DNA from: Mobula hypostoma
Lineage: Eukaryota
NCBI RefSeq assembly: GCF_963921235.1
Contig: NC_086097.1
Location: 153,018,001-153,082,000, forward strand
Length of the DNA stretch: 64,000 bases
Direction of reading: 5' to 3'
Shown here one piece after another: positions 45,797 to 58,740 of the stretch (its first letter is position 1; the number at the start of each line of letters is the position of its first letter). Below the pieces are notes generated by a model that worked only from the letters and a program-made list of their open reading frames with translations, had not been told where the DNA came from and did not search any database. The translations under genes and the position numbers were made by a program.

Positions 45797-46021
45797 TTGC
45801 TCCAAAGTTTGCTATCTGAGGTCATTCCAGTAGGCTCTATAATGAGTCAACTATAGCCAACGAAGTGATGGCTCCCTCCTGTTAGACTGTTTGAGGTAAC
45901 TTTTTTTAAATTCTTTCTTACTTTTCTTCTAATATTTGTATAATTGTATATCTGTTCACTTGTAATGCTACTGTGACATTGAAATTTCCTTGGGGGGGGG
46001 TCAATAAATCTATCTATCTAT
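45797..46021 (+). mobile_element. Short retro-insert with Rex-like tail ending (TATC)n
   Basis: Ends TGTAATGCTACTGTGAC..AATAAATCTATCTATCTAT. The host CR1 is split at TCTAT. Confidence 0.55.
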
Positions 46022-47281
46022 GCCTCTATTCCTTCTACCAATGTGCATGACCATACATTTCCCTACACTATATTTCATCTGCCACTTCTTTGTCCATTCT
46101 CCCGATACTTCTACATCCTTCTGCCGTCTCCCTGCTTCCTCAGCACTGTTTGCCCCTCCACCCATCTTTGTAATGTCTGCAAACTTGGCCACAAAGTCAG
46201 CAAATCCATCACTCACAGCATTGAAATATAACATGAAAAGAAGCAGTCCTGACATCAGCCCCCTGCAGAACACAACTAGTCACCGGCAGCCAAGCAGAAA
46301 AAGCCTCTTTTATCGCACTCTTTGCCTCCTGCCAGTTAGCCAATCTTCTATCCATGCTATACTATGGCCTTGTATCTTGTTAAGCAGCCTCATGGACAGA
46401 ACCTTGACAAAGTCCTTCTGAAAATCAAAGTAAACAACATCCGCTGGAACTTTGTCTATCCTGCCTATAATTTCCTGAAAAAAATTCAACAGATTTGTCA
46501 GGCAAGATTCCCCCATAAGGAAATTGTGCTGACCTTGGCCTATTTTATCATGTGCCTCCAGGTACCCCAAAGTCTCATCCTTAAAAATTAATTCCAACAG
46601 CTTCCCAACCACTGAAGTCATGCTAACTGACCTATATTTCTTTTTTCTCTGTCTTCCTCCCTTCTTAAAGAGTGGAATGACATTTGCAATTTTTCCATCC
46701 TCTGGAACCATTCCAGGATCTATTGTTTCTTGTAAAATCATCATTAATGCCTCCGCACTGTCTTCAGCGACGTCTTTCAAAGCCCTGGAGTGTATTCCGT
46801 CTGGTCCAGTTGACTCATTTACCTTCAGACCCTTCAGCTTCCCAAGCACCTTCTCCTTAGTATTAGCCACTACACTCACTTCCGCACCCCCCCCCCCCCA
46901 ACACTCTTAAATTTCTGGCATTCTGTTGGTGTCTTCCACAGTGAAGAATGACACAAAATATTTAAGAAGTTCATCCTCCATTTCTTTGTCCCCTATTACT
47001 GCCTCTTCAGTGTCATTTTTCAGCGGTCCAATATCCATCTTTTTTACGCTTTATATATCTGGAAAAAACTTTGGTATACTTGTTTATTTTATAGGCTAGC
47101 TTTCTTTCATATATCATCTTTTCTCTCCTTGTAGCTTTGTTTCTTGTAATTCCCTTTAATTTTTGCTGTATTATATGCTCTCTCTTTTTCTTTTATGCTT
47201 TCGTTGACTTCTTTTGTCAGTCATGGTTGCAACATCCTCCCTTCAGGATATTTTCTAACCTTTGGGATGTATCGATCCTGT

Positions 47282-47848
47282 GCAACACACACAAAATGCT
47301 GGAGGAGCTCAGCAGGTCAGACAGCATCTATGGAAATGAATAAGCAGTCAATGTTTTGTGCCAATACACTTCTTCAGGACTGGAAAGTAAGGGGGGGATG
47401 ATGCCCGTATAAAAAGATGGAGGTAGAGGAAGGAGTACTAGCTGGAAAATGATAGGTGAAACCAGGAGGATGGTAATGATGGAGAGTGGGAATGGAATCT
47501 AATAGGAGAGGAGAGTGGACCATGGGAGAAAGGGAAAAAGGTCAGACATCGGGGGGAAGGGGTGATAGGCAGGTGAGAAGAGCCCAGAATGGTGAATAGA
47601 AGAAGAGTGAAGGGGGAGGAAAAAAATGCCAGAAGGAGAAATCGATGTTCATGCCATCGGGTTGGAGGCTATGTAGATAGAATCTGAGGTGTTATTCCTC
47701 CACCTGGAGAGCCGCTTCATCATGGCAAAACAGGAGTCCATGGATTGACTTGTTGGAATGGAAATGGGGATAGGAAGTAAAATCGTTGGTCGCTGGGAAA
47801 TTCTGCTTTTAACAGATTGAGCGGAGGTGTTCAACAAAACGGTCCCCG
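47282..47848 (-). mobile_element. PLE 3' part: GIY-YIG C-terminus plus terminal repeat with degenerate hammerhead
   Basis: Minus frame GDRFVEHLRSIC..HGLLFCHDEAALQVEE*HLRFYLHSLQPDGMNIDF, then a pyrimidine-rich UTR and CAGTCCTGAAGAAG..GACTG. Confidence 0.85.
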
Positions 47849-48164
47849 TTATGCCTCTGTAATTCAATTTACTCCACTGCAATATTGATACATCTGACTT
47901 TTTCTTCTCCTTCTCAAACTAAAGGGTGAATTCTAACATAGTGTGATCACTGTCTCCATAGGGTTCCTTTACCTTAAACTCCCTAATCAAATCTGGTTCA
48001 TTACACAATACCCAAACCAGAATTACCTTTCCTCTAGTGGGCTTAATTACAAGCTGCTCTAGAAAGCCATCTCATAAGTATTCTACAAATTCCCTCTCTT
48101 GGGATTTTCCTAATCTACCTGCATATTGAAATCCCCTATGAATATCATAACACTATCCTTTTGA

Positions 48165-48298
48165 CAAACAAGAGAAAATCTGCAGATGCTGGAAACCTGA
48201 GCAACACACACAAAATGCTGGAGGAACTCATCAGGCCAGGCAGAATCTAGGAAAAGAGTACAGTCGACATTCCGGGCCAAAACCTTTTGGCAGGACTG
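48165..48298 (-). mobile_element. Short PLE unit with degenerate hammerhead
   Basis: Minus strand CAGTC-CTGCCAA-AAGGTTTTGGCCC-GGAAT-GTC-GACTG. TSD ATCCTTTTGA at 48155-48164 and 48306-48315. Confidence 0.85.
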
Positions 48299-51059
48299 AC
48301 ATCAAATCCTTTTGATATACCTTTACTATCTCCCATTTTAATTTGCACCTCACATTCTGGCTACTGTTTTGAGGCCTGTAGGTTACTCTTATCAGGGTCT
48401 TTTTACCCTTGCAGATTTTTTAACTCTACCAATAAGGATTCTACATCTTCTGATCCTATGTCACCTCTTTCTAAGGATTTGATTTCATGTCTTATCAACA
48501 GAGTCACTCCACCCACTCTGCCTATCTGCCTGTCCTTTTGATACAATGTGTACCCTTGGATGTTAATCTCCCAACTATGATCTTCTTTTAACCTTGACTT
48601 AGTGATGCCCACAATGTCGTACCTGTCAATCTCTAACTGCGCTACAGGATCATCTATATTATTCCGTTTACTGTGTGCATTCAAATATAGCACCTTCTGT
48701 CCTGTATTCATCACCCGTTTTGATTTTGCCCCCATGTTACACCTCACCTTATCCCACTGACTGCAATTTTGCCCTATCACTTGCCTGTCCTTCCTCATAA
48801 CCTCACTGCACACTGCATACTGCATCTACTCATCTACCAACTGCATCATCCTCAGCTCTAAAACTTTGGTTCCCATCCCCCCTGCCAAATTAGTTTAAAC
48901 CCTCCCCAACAGCTCTAGAAAACTCTCCTGCAGGGTTATTGGTCCCCCTCATGTTCAGGTGTAACCCATTCCTTTTGGACAGATCATACCTTCCTTAAAA
49001 GAGATCCCAATGATCCAGAAATCTGAAACCCTTCCCCCGACAATTCCTTAGCTATGCATTCATCTGCCAAATTATCCTATTCTTACTCTCACTGGTGCAT
49101 GACTCAGGCAGATGTCCAGAGATTACTACCCTAGAGGTCCTGCTTGTCAACTTTTTACCTAGCTCCCTATATTCTCACTTCAGGATCTCCTTCCATTTCC
49201 TACCTATATCATTGGTACCAATGTGTATCATTATTTCTGGCTACTCACTCTCGCCCTTCAGAATGCTGTGGACCTAATCTGACCCTGGCACCTGCAGAGG
49301 CAAAATACTACCCCAGTATCTTTTTCACATCCACAGAATCTGCTGTCTGTTCAACTCACGAGGGAATCCTCTATTACTACTGCACTCCTCTTCTTCCCCC
49401 CTTCCCTTTTGAGCCACAGAACAAGACTCAATGCCTGGAGTCCTGGTTGCTTTGCCGTCTCCCTGGTAGGTCATTCCCCCAACAGTATCTAAAGCTGGTA
49501 TTATTGAGAGTAACAGCCACAGGGGTACTCTGCACTGGCTGACTACTCCTTTTCTCTCTCCTGACAGTCACCTAGGTACTTGACTCCTTTAACTTAGGCA
49601 TGACTACGTCCCTGTAGGTCCGATCTATCACCTCCTCATTCTCCTGTAAGAGACTTTTATTTGGTCTTGCATTAGTATCGCCAACTTACTATTTTCTCTG
49701 ATTCATTTCTTAATTCTTCAGTCTAGGCAATGTCCTACAAATCAAACCGTACTGCTTAATCTTCTTGAAGTTACAATCAAAATATAAAATAGGATGCCAT
49801 CCATGTCAGTGGCAATGGATTTCCTTGCCTGCTTCTGCATAGCATGCTTTGAAGATCATGTGTAAAATTCCTTCACCAACAAATCCTGTTTCTGTCCCAT
49901 CTCCCCCATACATTCCTTACCACACATTCTTAGTTTCTTAATTTCTTTCAGTTCTTAATTTCATAAGACTTTTATCGCAATTTACTTTGAAGTTTGAACT
50001 TTGATCTTTGAATTATTACCCTCCAGCCATCAGGTATTAAATCCTATTGCGTAACATGAAAAACAAATTTTATTTTTCCCTTCTCCATTAATTTTCAATT
50101 CTTTTGAAATATACCAATATTTGTTAAAGTAGAAATCACCCATGAAAAGTGAACAGGGAAGAATGAAGAAACAGAGGCCCAGATCTGATATTTTTAACCA
50201 TGATTCTCTGAATAGACACTCTTATTATGAAGTTAATCACTCACTAGTGCTGTTGTCCTCTGAGGACAACCTCTGAAATTCTTTGATTTGCCTCTATGAA
50301 CCAGTTGAATTTCTTAACAAAGAGATATATATACACACATGCCAATTATACAGTATTAAAAACCTATGTGCTCACTCACTAGTTTATCTGACCCTCCCTG
50401 AACTGTCAAATAATAGAGAGGTAGTAACTAGGAATAGGAGCTCATGCTGACTGGTCTCCTCTTGGTCCTGCTGTAATCCCCATGTTTCTGATGTAGTGGA
50501 CATGGTGTCATCCACTTCCATGATGGTTGGTCTCCGAACATCCTCTTTCTCATCAGATCAATCTTTTGTGTTTCAATTATGTTAGTCTATGTCAGCTTCT
50601 CATTGGATTTGACCTAAAGCTACAAGCAGTATTTATGGTTCTTTCCTCAGACCTGTACCTCAGGTTACTTTGTTGTTTCCAAATGATACCAGTTCATATT
50701 AGTTTAGCCAGGTCAGCCAAACACTTGGCTCAGGTTACTTCAGGTCATAGGCTGCTCTTTTCACAAGCCTACCATTTCTATAAAACCAAGTAAACAGCTT
50801 CTTATTTAGAAATAGTCTCATGTTTAACAGATTATTAGTATGAGCTTCACTGTCTTCACTTTTAACTGTTCATGTCAAGCCAAACTGAGCAAGAATCAGT
50901 TCACACAATTGGTTGCTGCAAGAACAGCCTCACAAAATGGCAGCCTTCATTCCTTGGAATATATGGTTGGAGCAAAGACATTTGGTTTCTCTGCTTCCAC
51001 TATCCTTGGCTCATTCCTGTTCACTGATTTTCAGATTTTAATTATTTTTGGCTAACAGC

Positions 51060-51800
51060 ATACTCTGTTCTGTAGTTCCAAAATAAACAACTTTATATTT
51101 TCTACACTATACTCTGCCAACTTTTTGCCCACTCACTTAACCTATCAATATTTCTCTTTAAACCAATTTACATCTTCCTTGCAATTTACATTCCACCTAC
51201 TCTTGTGTTACACTTATCTTTTGCTGCTGTCTATTCACATCCTTCCTCCTATATACTGTAAGCAGATATTCCCGTCTGGCACCAACGTCTCAAGTTGCCA
51301 GTCTGAAAATGAACTCCTTATCACTGCTTGCTGCTTCGTGGCATTAACAAGTACACGATCTATAGCAATACATACATGAGACAGCATGGAATTTCATCAC
51401 ATAATTTAATTTTTTGTGAGGCTCTTTGAAGGATGGTAATCAAAATAGAATACATCTACTCATTACCCTTTATCCATTTTAGTTCAGATTTCCTCTGAAA
51501 CTTTGAAAGATTTATCTGACATAATTTCTTCTCAATGAAACCATGCTGTCTCCACCTGAGCAGATGATTATGTCCCAAATGTGCTCCCATTTCTTCATTA
51601 ATAATTGATTCTAACATTTTTCCCAAGACACGATATTAGATCAATTGATCAGAAGTTATCCTTTTTTTGTTGAGCTACTATTTTGATTTTCTCATTGGTA
51701 ATTTTCCTGTCCTCTGGAATTTCTCTGGAATTTAAGTATGTTTGGAAGATTTCAACTAGTGCATCCACAATTTAGAAACTTTGGGATTTATGATGCAAAT
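51060..51800 (-). mobile_element. Very old CR1 RT fragments
   Basis: Minus strand ..KQQAVIRSSFSDWQL..VP. Plus-strand AATGAAACCATGCTGTCTC and TTCCTGTCCTCTGGAAT patterns match other CR1 copies. Confidence 0.5.
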
Positions 51801-52071
51801 AATTTGATCCAGATAATTTGGTTCAAGGTAGAAGGATTTTTAGCCCTAATATGATTCAAACAATAGTGCTGAACCTGGAAACCAAAGTTTACAGTTTCAG
51901 CTTTATTTCTTTAATATTGGAGCTTTTTTTAACATTTTCTTTTATTTCTTTCTTACTTAATTCAATTTTCTTCCTTTTTTATTTGTTTCCTGCAAAATAT
52001 AATTTATATTTCCTGACTAATGTTAAGCTTTCACTCATTATTACTGAAATAGATAAAGTGGTCACTCTTGC

Positions 52072-52415
52072 TATTTCAAAGTTTAAAGTTCAAAGTAAAT
52101 TTATTATCGAAGTACACAATATATATAGCATATACAAACTTGAGATTTGTTTTCTTGCAGACATACACAGTAAGTGCAAGAAACACATTAGAATCAATGA
52201 AAGAACATACCCAACAGAACCAAACAACCAATACGCAAAGGTCAACAGCTCTGCATATACAAAAGAAAAATGTCCCAAATAAGCAATAAATATCGAGAAC
52301 ATGATTGGAAGAGTTCCTGAAAGTGAGTCCATAGGTTGTTGGAACAGTTTATTCATGGGATGAGTGAAGTTTATCCCCTCTAGTTCAAGTGCCTGATGGT
52401 TGGAGGGTGATAATT
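52072..52415 (-). mobile_element. Rex-type 3' UTR
   Basis: TTCAAAGTTTAAAGTTCAAAGTAAATTTATTATC tail. Reverse complement of 15548-15862. Confidence 0.85.
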
Positions 52416-53115
52416 CAAAGATCAAAGTTCAAACTTGAAAGTACATTTATCATCAAAGTATGCATACATTATACAACCTTGAGATTCAACTCTTTACTGA
52501 CAATCACAAAACAGAGAAACCCAAAAAGAACCAATTAAAAATAAAGCGTCAAATACCCAATGCGCAGAAAGAAAACAAAATTGTGAAAACAATAAAAGTA
52601 AGCAAATGGCATTCAGAACTGACATTTTACAACAACCATGAAGCCAGTCATCATTGCAGCTGGAGAAGGCTTCAGACTTAGTTCATTGTGGAGCCAAGTA
52701 AATGTCGCAGAACACAAATGCAAATCTCAGCCTCACTGCATCTGGAGAAGATCACAGCCTCAGTTCAGTGCAGAGCTGAGTAAACATCGTGGAACAGTGA
52801 GCAGAATTGAGCAGGACCAGGATGAACTGGCCCATCCCTTGCCTCTGGTCCCGACACCCTGATCTTCTTAATCTGGTCCAGTGCTTAAGGAGTCCAAAAA
52901 TTGAGTAGTTCCTCACTATCAGACAGCCCTGGGGCTTGGACACCATCACTACAATTTGGCCCGTACCCAGTTTTTCCAATTTGAATCAATGTTTATATCG
53001 ATCAGACATCGGGGTTTTCCTCTCCCCGACCTCTACTTGCCTCTGTCATGCCTAACCTTTGCCTCCGCTCACCTAGCCTTGCCTCTGCACACCTTCTATT
53101 GTTTGTGAATATCGT
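52416..53115 (-). mobile_element. Family A non-autonomous element
   Basis: Reverse-complement homologue of 8690-9237: same head CAAACAATAGA(G)AGGTG, same GGGTAC(A/G)GGCCAAA core and same tail. Confidence 0.7.
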
Positions 53116-53127
53116 TATTAATAAAGT

Positions 53128-55575
53128 GTCATAAGTCCATAAGACCATATGATATAGGAGTAAATGTAGGCTATTCAGCCCATCAAGTCATCTCTGCCAT
53201 GCAATCATGGGCTGATCTAATTCTTCCAGTCATCCCCACTCCCATGGCTAATCAAAAACCTAATGGATGTCCTTCAATCCTGACTCCCCTACCATGGGAA
53301 ATAACTTTGCCATATCTAATCTGTTCAGGCCTTTTAACATTCGGAATGTTTTTATGAGATACCCCCTCATTCTCCTGAACTCCAGGGAATACAGCCCAAG
53401 AACTGCCAGACGTTCCTCATACAGTAACCCTTTCATTCCTGGAATCATTCTCGTAAATCTTCTCTAAACCCTTTCCAAAGTCAGCACATCCTTTCTAAAA
53501 TATGGAACCCAAAACTGCACACAATACTCCAAGAGTGGTCTCACGAGTGCCTTATAGAGCCTCAGCACCACATCCTTGCTCTTATATGCTATACCTTTAG
53601 AAATGAATGCCAACATTGCATTCGCCTTTTTCACCACCGACACAACCTGGAGGTTAACCTTTCGGGTATCCTTCACAAGGACTCCCAAATCCCTTTGCAT
53701 CTCTGCATTTTGTATTCTCTCCCCATCTAAATAATAGTTTGCCCATTTATTTCTTCCACCAAAGTGCATGATCATACACATTCCAACATCGTATATCATT
53801 TGACACTTCTTTGCCTATTCCCCTATACTATCTAAGTCTCTCTGTTTCCTCAACACTACCTGCTCTTCCACCTAGCTTTGTATCATTGGTAAATTAAGCC
53901 ACAAATCCATTAATCCCATAGTCCAAATTATTGACATACATCATAAAAAGCAATGTTCCCAGCGCTGACCCCTGTGGAACTCCACTGGTAACCGGCAGCC
54001 AGCCAGAATAGGATCCCTTTATTCCCACTCTCTGTTTTCTGCCAATCAGCCAATGCTCCACCCATGCTAGTAGCTTCTCTATAATTCCATGGGCTTTTAT
54101 CTTGTTAAGCAGCCTCATGTGCGGCACCTTGTCAAAGGCCTTCTGAAAATTCAAGTTCACTGCATCTACTGCATCTCATTTGTCTACCAGGCTTGTAATT
54201 TCCTCAAAAAATTGCAGTAGGTTGGTCAGGCAGGATTTTCCTTTTGGGAAACCATGCTGGTTTTGGCCTATCTTGTCATGTGCCTCCAGGTATTCTGTAA
54301 TCTCATCCCTAACAATTGATTCTAACAACTTCCTAACCACTGATGTCACGCTAACAGGTCTATAGTTTCCTTTCTGCTGCCTCCCACCCTTTTTAAATAG
54401 TGGAGTAACATTTGCAATTTTCCAGTCATCCGGTACAATGCCAGAATCTATCGATTCATGAAAAATCATTGTTAATACCACCGCAATCTCTTTTCAGCTA
54501 CTTTGTTGAGAACCCAAGAGTGCATTCCTTCAGGCCCAGGAGATTTATCCACCCTCTGGCCATTAAACTTCCTGAGCACTTTCTCAGTCGTAATTTTCAC
54601 TGCACATACTTCACTTCCCTGACACTCTTGAGTGTTTGGTATATTGTAGATGTCTTGCACTGTGAGGACTGATGCAAAATACTCATTCAGTTCCTCTGCC
54701 ATTTCTGCCTCTCTCATTACAATATCTCCAGCATCATTTCTCCTATATCTACCCTCAACTCTCTTTTACCCTTTATATACTTAAAAAAGCTTTTAGTATC
54801 TTCTTTGATATTAGTCACCAGCTTCCTTTTGTAATTCATCTTTTCCTTCCTAATGGCCGCCTTAGTTTCCTTCTGCAAGTTGTTAAAAGCTTCCCAATCC
54901 TTTATCCTTCCACTAGCTTTGGCTTCCTTGTATGCCCTCTCTTTTGCTTTTACTTTGGCTCCGACTTATCAGCCACTGCAGTGTCCGTTTTCCATTCAAA
55001 AATTTGTTCTTATTTGGAATATATCTGTCCTGCACTTCCCTTATTTTTTGCAAAAACTCCAGCCATTGCTGCTCTGCTGTCCTTCCTGCTAATGTCCCTT
55101 TCCAGTCAACCTTGGCCTGTTCCCCTCTCATGCATTGTAATTTCCTTTATTCCACTGAAATACTGTCTCATTGGAATTTAAGTTTCTCCTTCTAAAATGT
55201 CAAAGTGAACTTGATCATATTGTGATCACTGGCCCCGAGGGCTCCTTAACCTTAAGCTCTCTTATCACCTCTGGATCATTGCACAACACCCAATCCAGCA
55301 CAACCAATCCCCTAGTGGGCTTAACAACAAGTTGTTTTAAAAAGCCATCCCTTAGACATTCTGCAAATTCTCTCTCTTGAGGTTCAGTGCTGGCCAGGTT
55401 TTCCCGATCCATTTTCATGTTAAAATGCCCAACGATTGCCCACTGCTCTTCTGACACACCTTTTCTATCTCCTGTTGTAATTTGCAATCCACATCCTGGC
55501 TGCTGTTTGGAGGTCTGTATACAACTGCCATTAGGGTCCTTTTACCCTTGTCATTTCTTAATTCAATAATAAGAT
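53128..55575 (-). mobile_element. CR1 LINE ORF2, 5'-truncated, decayed
   Basis: [51 protein letters not shown]. Tail CATAAGACCATATGA. Confidence 0.93.
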
Positions 55576-55669
55576 TTATTAATAAGATTTTTATTTTTTT
55601 CTTTGCTTTGTATTTTGAAGCCAAAATGTAGTCACTGGGCATCAGCAGTGCTATCTTAAATCTTAATTT

Positions 55670-58395
55670 TTCCTGAAACTGGTGGTGAGAATCTTGTTGT
55701 TCTTGTACCTTCTTCCTGATGGCAGCAGTGTGAAGAGAGCATAGAATGGCGGTGAGGGTCTTTGATGATGGATGCTGCTTTCCTGTGTTAGCACTCAATG
55801 GTTGGGAGGGCTTTTATTCATAATGGTCTGGGCTGTATTCACTTTTTTTGAAGGGTTTTCCATTCAAGAGTTTTGATGTATCCATACCAGGCCATGATGC
55901 AATCAGTCAATATTCTCTTCACGTCACTTCTATAGAAGTTTGTCAAAGTTTTAGATGCCATGCCAAATCTTCACAATCTTCCAATGAAAGAGAGCACTGT
56001 CGTACTTTCTTCATAATTACATTTACTTGCTGGCCCCCAGGACAGATCCTAGAAATGTTAACACCAAGGAATTTAAAGTTGCTGACCCTCTTCACCTCTG
56101 ATCCCCTGATGAGGACTGGCTCACAGACCAATGGTTTACTCCTCCTGAAGTCAAAATTTGCTCTTTGGTCTTGCTGACATTATGTGAGAGACTGTTTTAG
56201 TGACACCACTCAGCCGAACTTTCAATCTCCCTCCTATGTGCTTATTCCATCTTTGACTTGTCCAAGGACAGTGGTGACATCAGCAAATTTAAATATGGCA
56301 TTGAAGCTGTGATTGGGCTCACAGTTATAAATATAAGGAAAGTAAAGCAGGGGGCTAAGCAATAAGTGTATGGTAAGTAGAGCAGGGGGCTAAGCACACA
56401 GCCTTTTCTCCATCTGTACTGATGGAGATTGTGGAGGAGATTTTGTTGCTAATATCAACTGACTGGGGTCTGTAAGTGAGGAAATTGAGGATCCAATTGC
56501 ACAAGAGGGTATTGAGGGCAAGGTCTAGAAGCTTTTTGTTTAGTTTTGAGGGGATGATAGTATTGAATGCTGAGCTCCAGTTGATAAATAACATCCTGAT
56601 ATATGCATATTTGTTGTCCAGATGTCCCAGGGCTGAATGAAGAGGTAATAAAATAGCTTCTGCTGTGGACTTTTTGTGCCAGTAGGCAAATTGTAGAAGA
56701 TCCAAGTCAGTTTTCAGGCAGGAGTTTATATGCTTCATCATCAAGCTGTCGAACCACTTTATAATAGTGGATGTCAGTGCCACTGGGCGATAGTCATTGA
56801 AGCAGGTGATCACGTACTTGTTAGGCATCGGTAAGATTGAAGCCTTCTTGAAGCAGGCGGGAACCTTGGACAGTGAAGTGAGATCTTAACTGTGTCAGTG
56901 AACACTCCAGCCATTTTATCAACACAGGTCTCTAGCACTCAGCCAGGTAACCTATCTGGGCTGGATGTTTTCCATGAGTTCACTCTCCTGTGAAGGAGGC
57001 TCTCATATCGGCCTCAGAGACTGAAATCACTGGGACTTTGGGGCTGTAGAGTTCCTCTATGTTTTGATGGTCAAAGTGAGCATAGATGGCATTGAGCTCA
57101 TCTGGGACTAAAGCCCTGTTGTCACCTTTGTTGCTTGTTTGCAATTTGTCTGAGATAATAGGATTCAAGCCCTGCCACAGCTGTCGGGCATCCTTTCATG
57201 TTTCAAGTTTGGTCCAGAATTACCACTTTGCAGATGACATAGCTTTCCGGAGATTTTACCCAGGCCTCTTGTATTTTACTTGGTTGTCAGACCTGAATGC
57301 CACTGATCTGGTCCTCAGCAGACTGCTGATCTCATGGTTCATCTTGGGCTTCTGGTTGGGGAAGACTCTGAATGATTTTGTGGATACACACTTATCCATG
57401 ACTACTTTTAAAAAGCCCGTGACTACCATGTGTATTTGTTCAGATCATCTGGTGAGTCTTTGAACCTGGTCTAGTTCACTGACTCAGAGCAATCCCATAG
57501 CCGCTCTTCTGCCTCCCACAATCATCTCTTCATTGTCCTTACTTCTGGTGCCTTGCTTTTTAGCATTCACCTATATGCAGGTAGTAGGAGAATAGTCAAG
57601 TGATCAGATTTCCCAAAATGTAGTCTAGGCATTGAACGGTAGGCATTCCTTATCACAGTATAGGAGTGGCTGAGTGTGCTGAAACCCCTGTTGCTGCAGG
57701 TTATATGCTGATGATAATTGTGCAGAACTTTCTTTAAACAAGCTGATTGAAGATCCCGACTATGATTTGAAATGCACAGGGTGGGGTGTTTCTTGTTTGA
57801 TGATGACAGCATTCAATATCTCAAGAACCTAATTAACGTCGGCTTTGGTGGGATGTAAACTGTGGTCAGGATCATGGAGGAGAACTCTCTTGGTAAGCAG
57901 AAGGGTTGACACTTAATCATTAGATGCTCCAGGTCGAGGGAACAAGAGTGTGAGAAGACAACCACGTCTGAGCAGCACATAGAATTTATCACGACCCCCA
58001 CTATTTGCATTCTCTGAATCAGCAGTCTGGTTGATCCTGTGTGTCGAGAAGTCTTTGGGTCCTACCGACATATCGGGAGTGTTCAGAATGAGCCGTGTCT
58101 CTGTAAGCCAGAAAACAGCAATTCCTCATTCTCCTCAGATACAGCAATCTTGCCCTTAGGCCCTTGGCCTTGTTCTTCAGTTATTGTAATTTGCTAACAA
58201 GATGCTGGGTAGAGGAACTTTCAATGCTTGGCATTTCTGTGTGGCTTGGAATCCTCCCCACCTCTCTTTCTTTCAGCCATGGTTTGTACATTTGTCTGCT
58301 TAAAGGTTCCGTACCTGCATGCTTCAGAAGATAATGAAATTGCTAGTTCATTAAGACAGTTCAAAAGAACTGCAATTTTGTAAGACAGTACATTG
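55670..58395 (-). mobile_element. Rex1/Babar LINE, long copy including the endonuclease domain
   Basis: [63 protein letters not shown]. Same family as 1-2170. Confidence 0.9.
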
Positions 58396-58409
58396 ATGAT
58401 GTGCTCATT

Positions 58410-58740
58410 TTAAGTTCACATTTATTGTCATTCAACCATACGCATGTATACAGCTAAAGAAAATATAATTTCTCTGAGGCCAAGGTCCAAAACACAGTAC
58501 ATAAATCACACACAGCACATATAGTTATGATAAACCACAATACAAGCACAAGTCCCTGACTGGCATGGCCTGAAGATTGATGGTGCATGGCTTGTTGTCC
58601 TGGAGCCATGTTTCTGCAATAATAAGCATACAGCAGTCCCTCATCTAGCACTGGATCAGTTGCAGATGAAGATAATCCAGATTGTTTTCCAGGAAACGAA
58701 CATTGGCAAGCAATATTGATGGGAGAACTGACCAGCAGGG
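58410..58740 (-). mobile_element. Family B element
   Basis: AAGTTCACATTTATTGTCATTCAACCATAC..GGCCAAGGTCCAAAACACAGTAC..AATCCAGATTGTTTTCC. Confidence 0.65.

Larger units (their letters stand above)
44600..49648 (-). mobile_element. CR1 LINE, near full length, decayed, with at least four nested inserts
   Basis: Tail at 44600. RRNFFSQSVENLWN, KFADITKMGG, KIANVIPLFKKGG, YLNAHSKRN. ORF1-like sequence at 48900-49640. Confidence 0.92.

Noticed and set aside
51818..52282. 154-aa hydrophobic ORF resembling a membrane protein
   Set aside because: An artefact of T-rich low-complexity DNA running into a Rex UTR.
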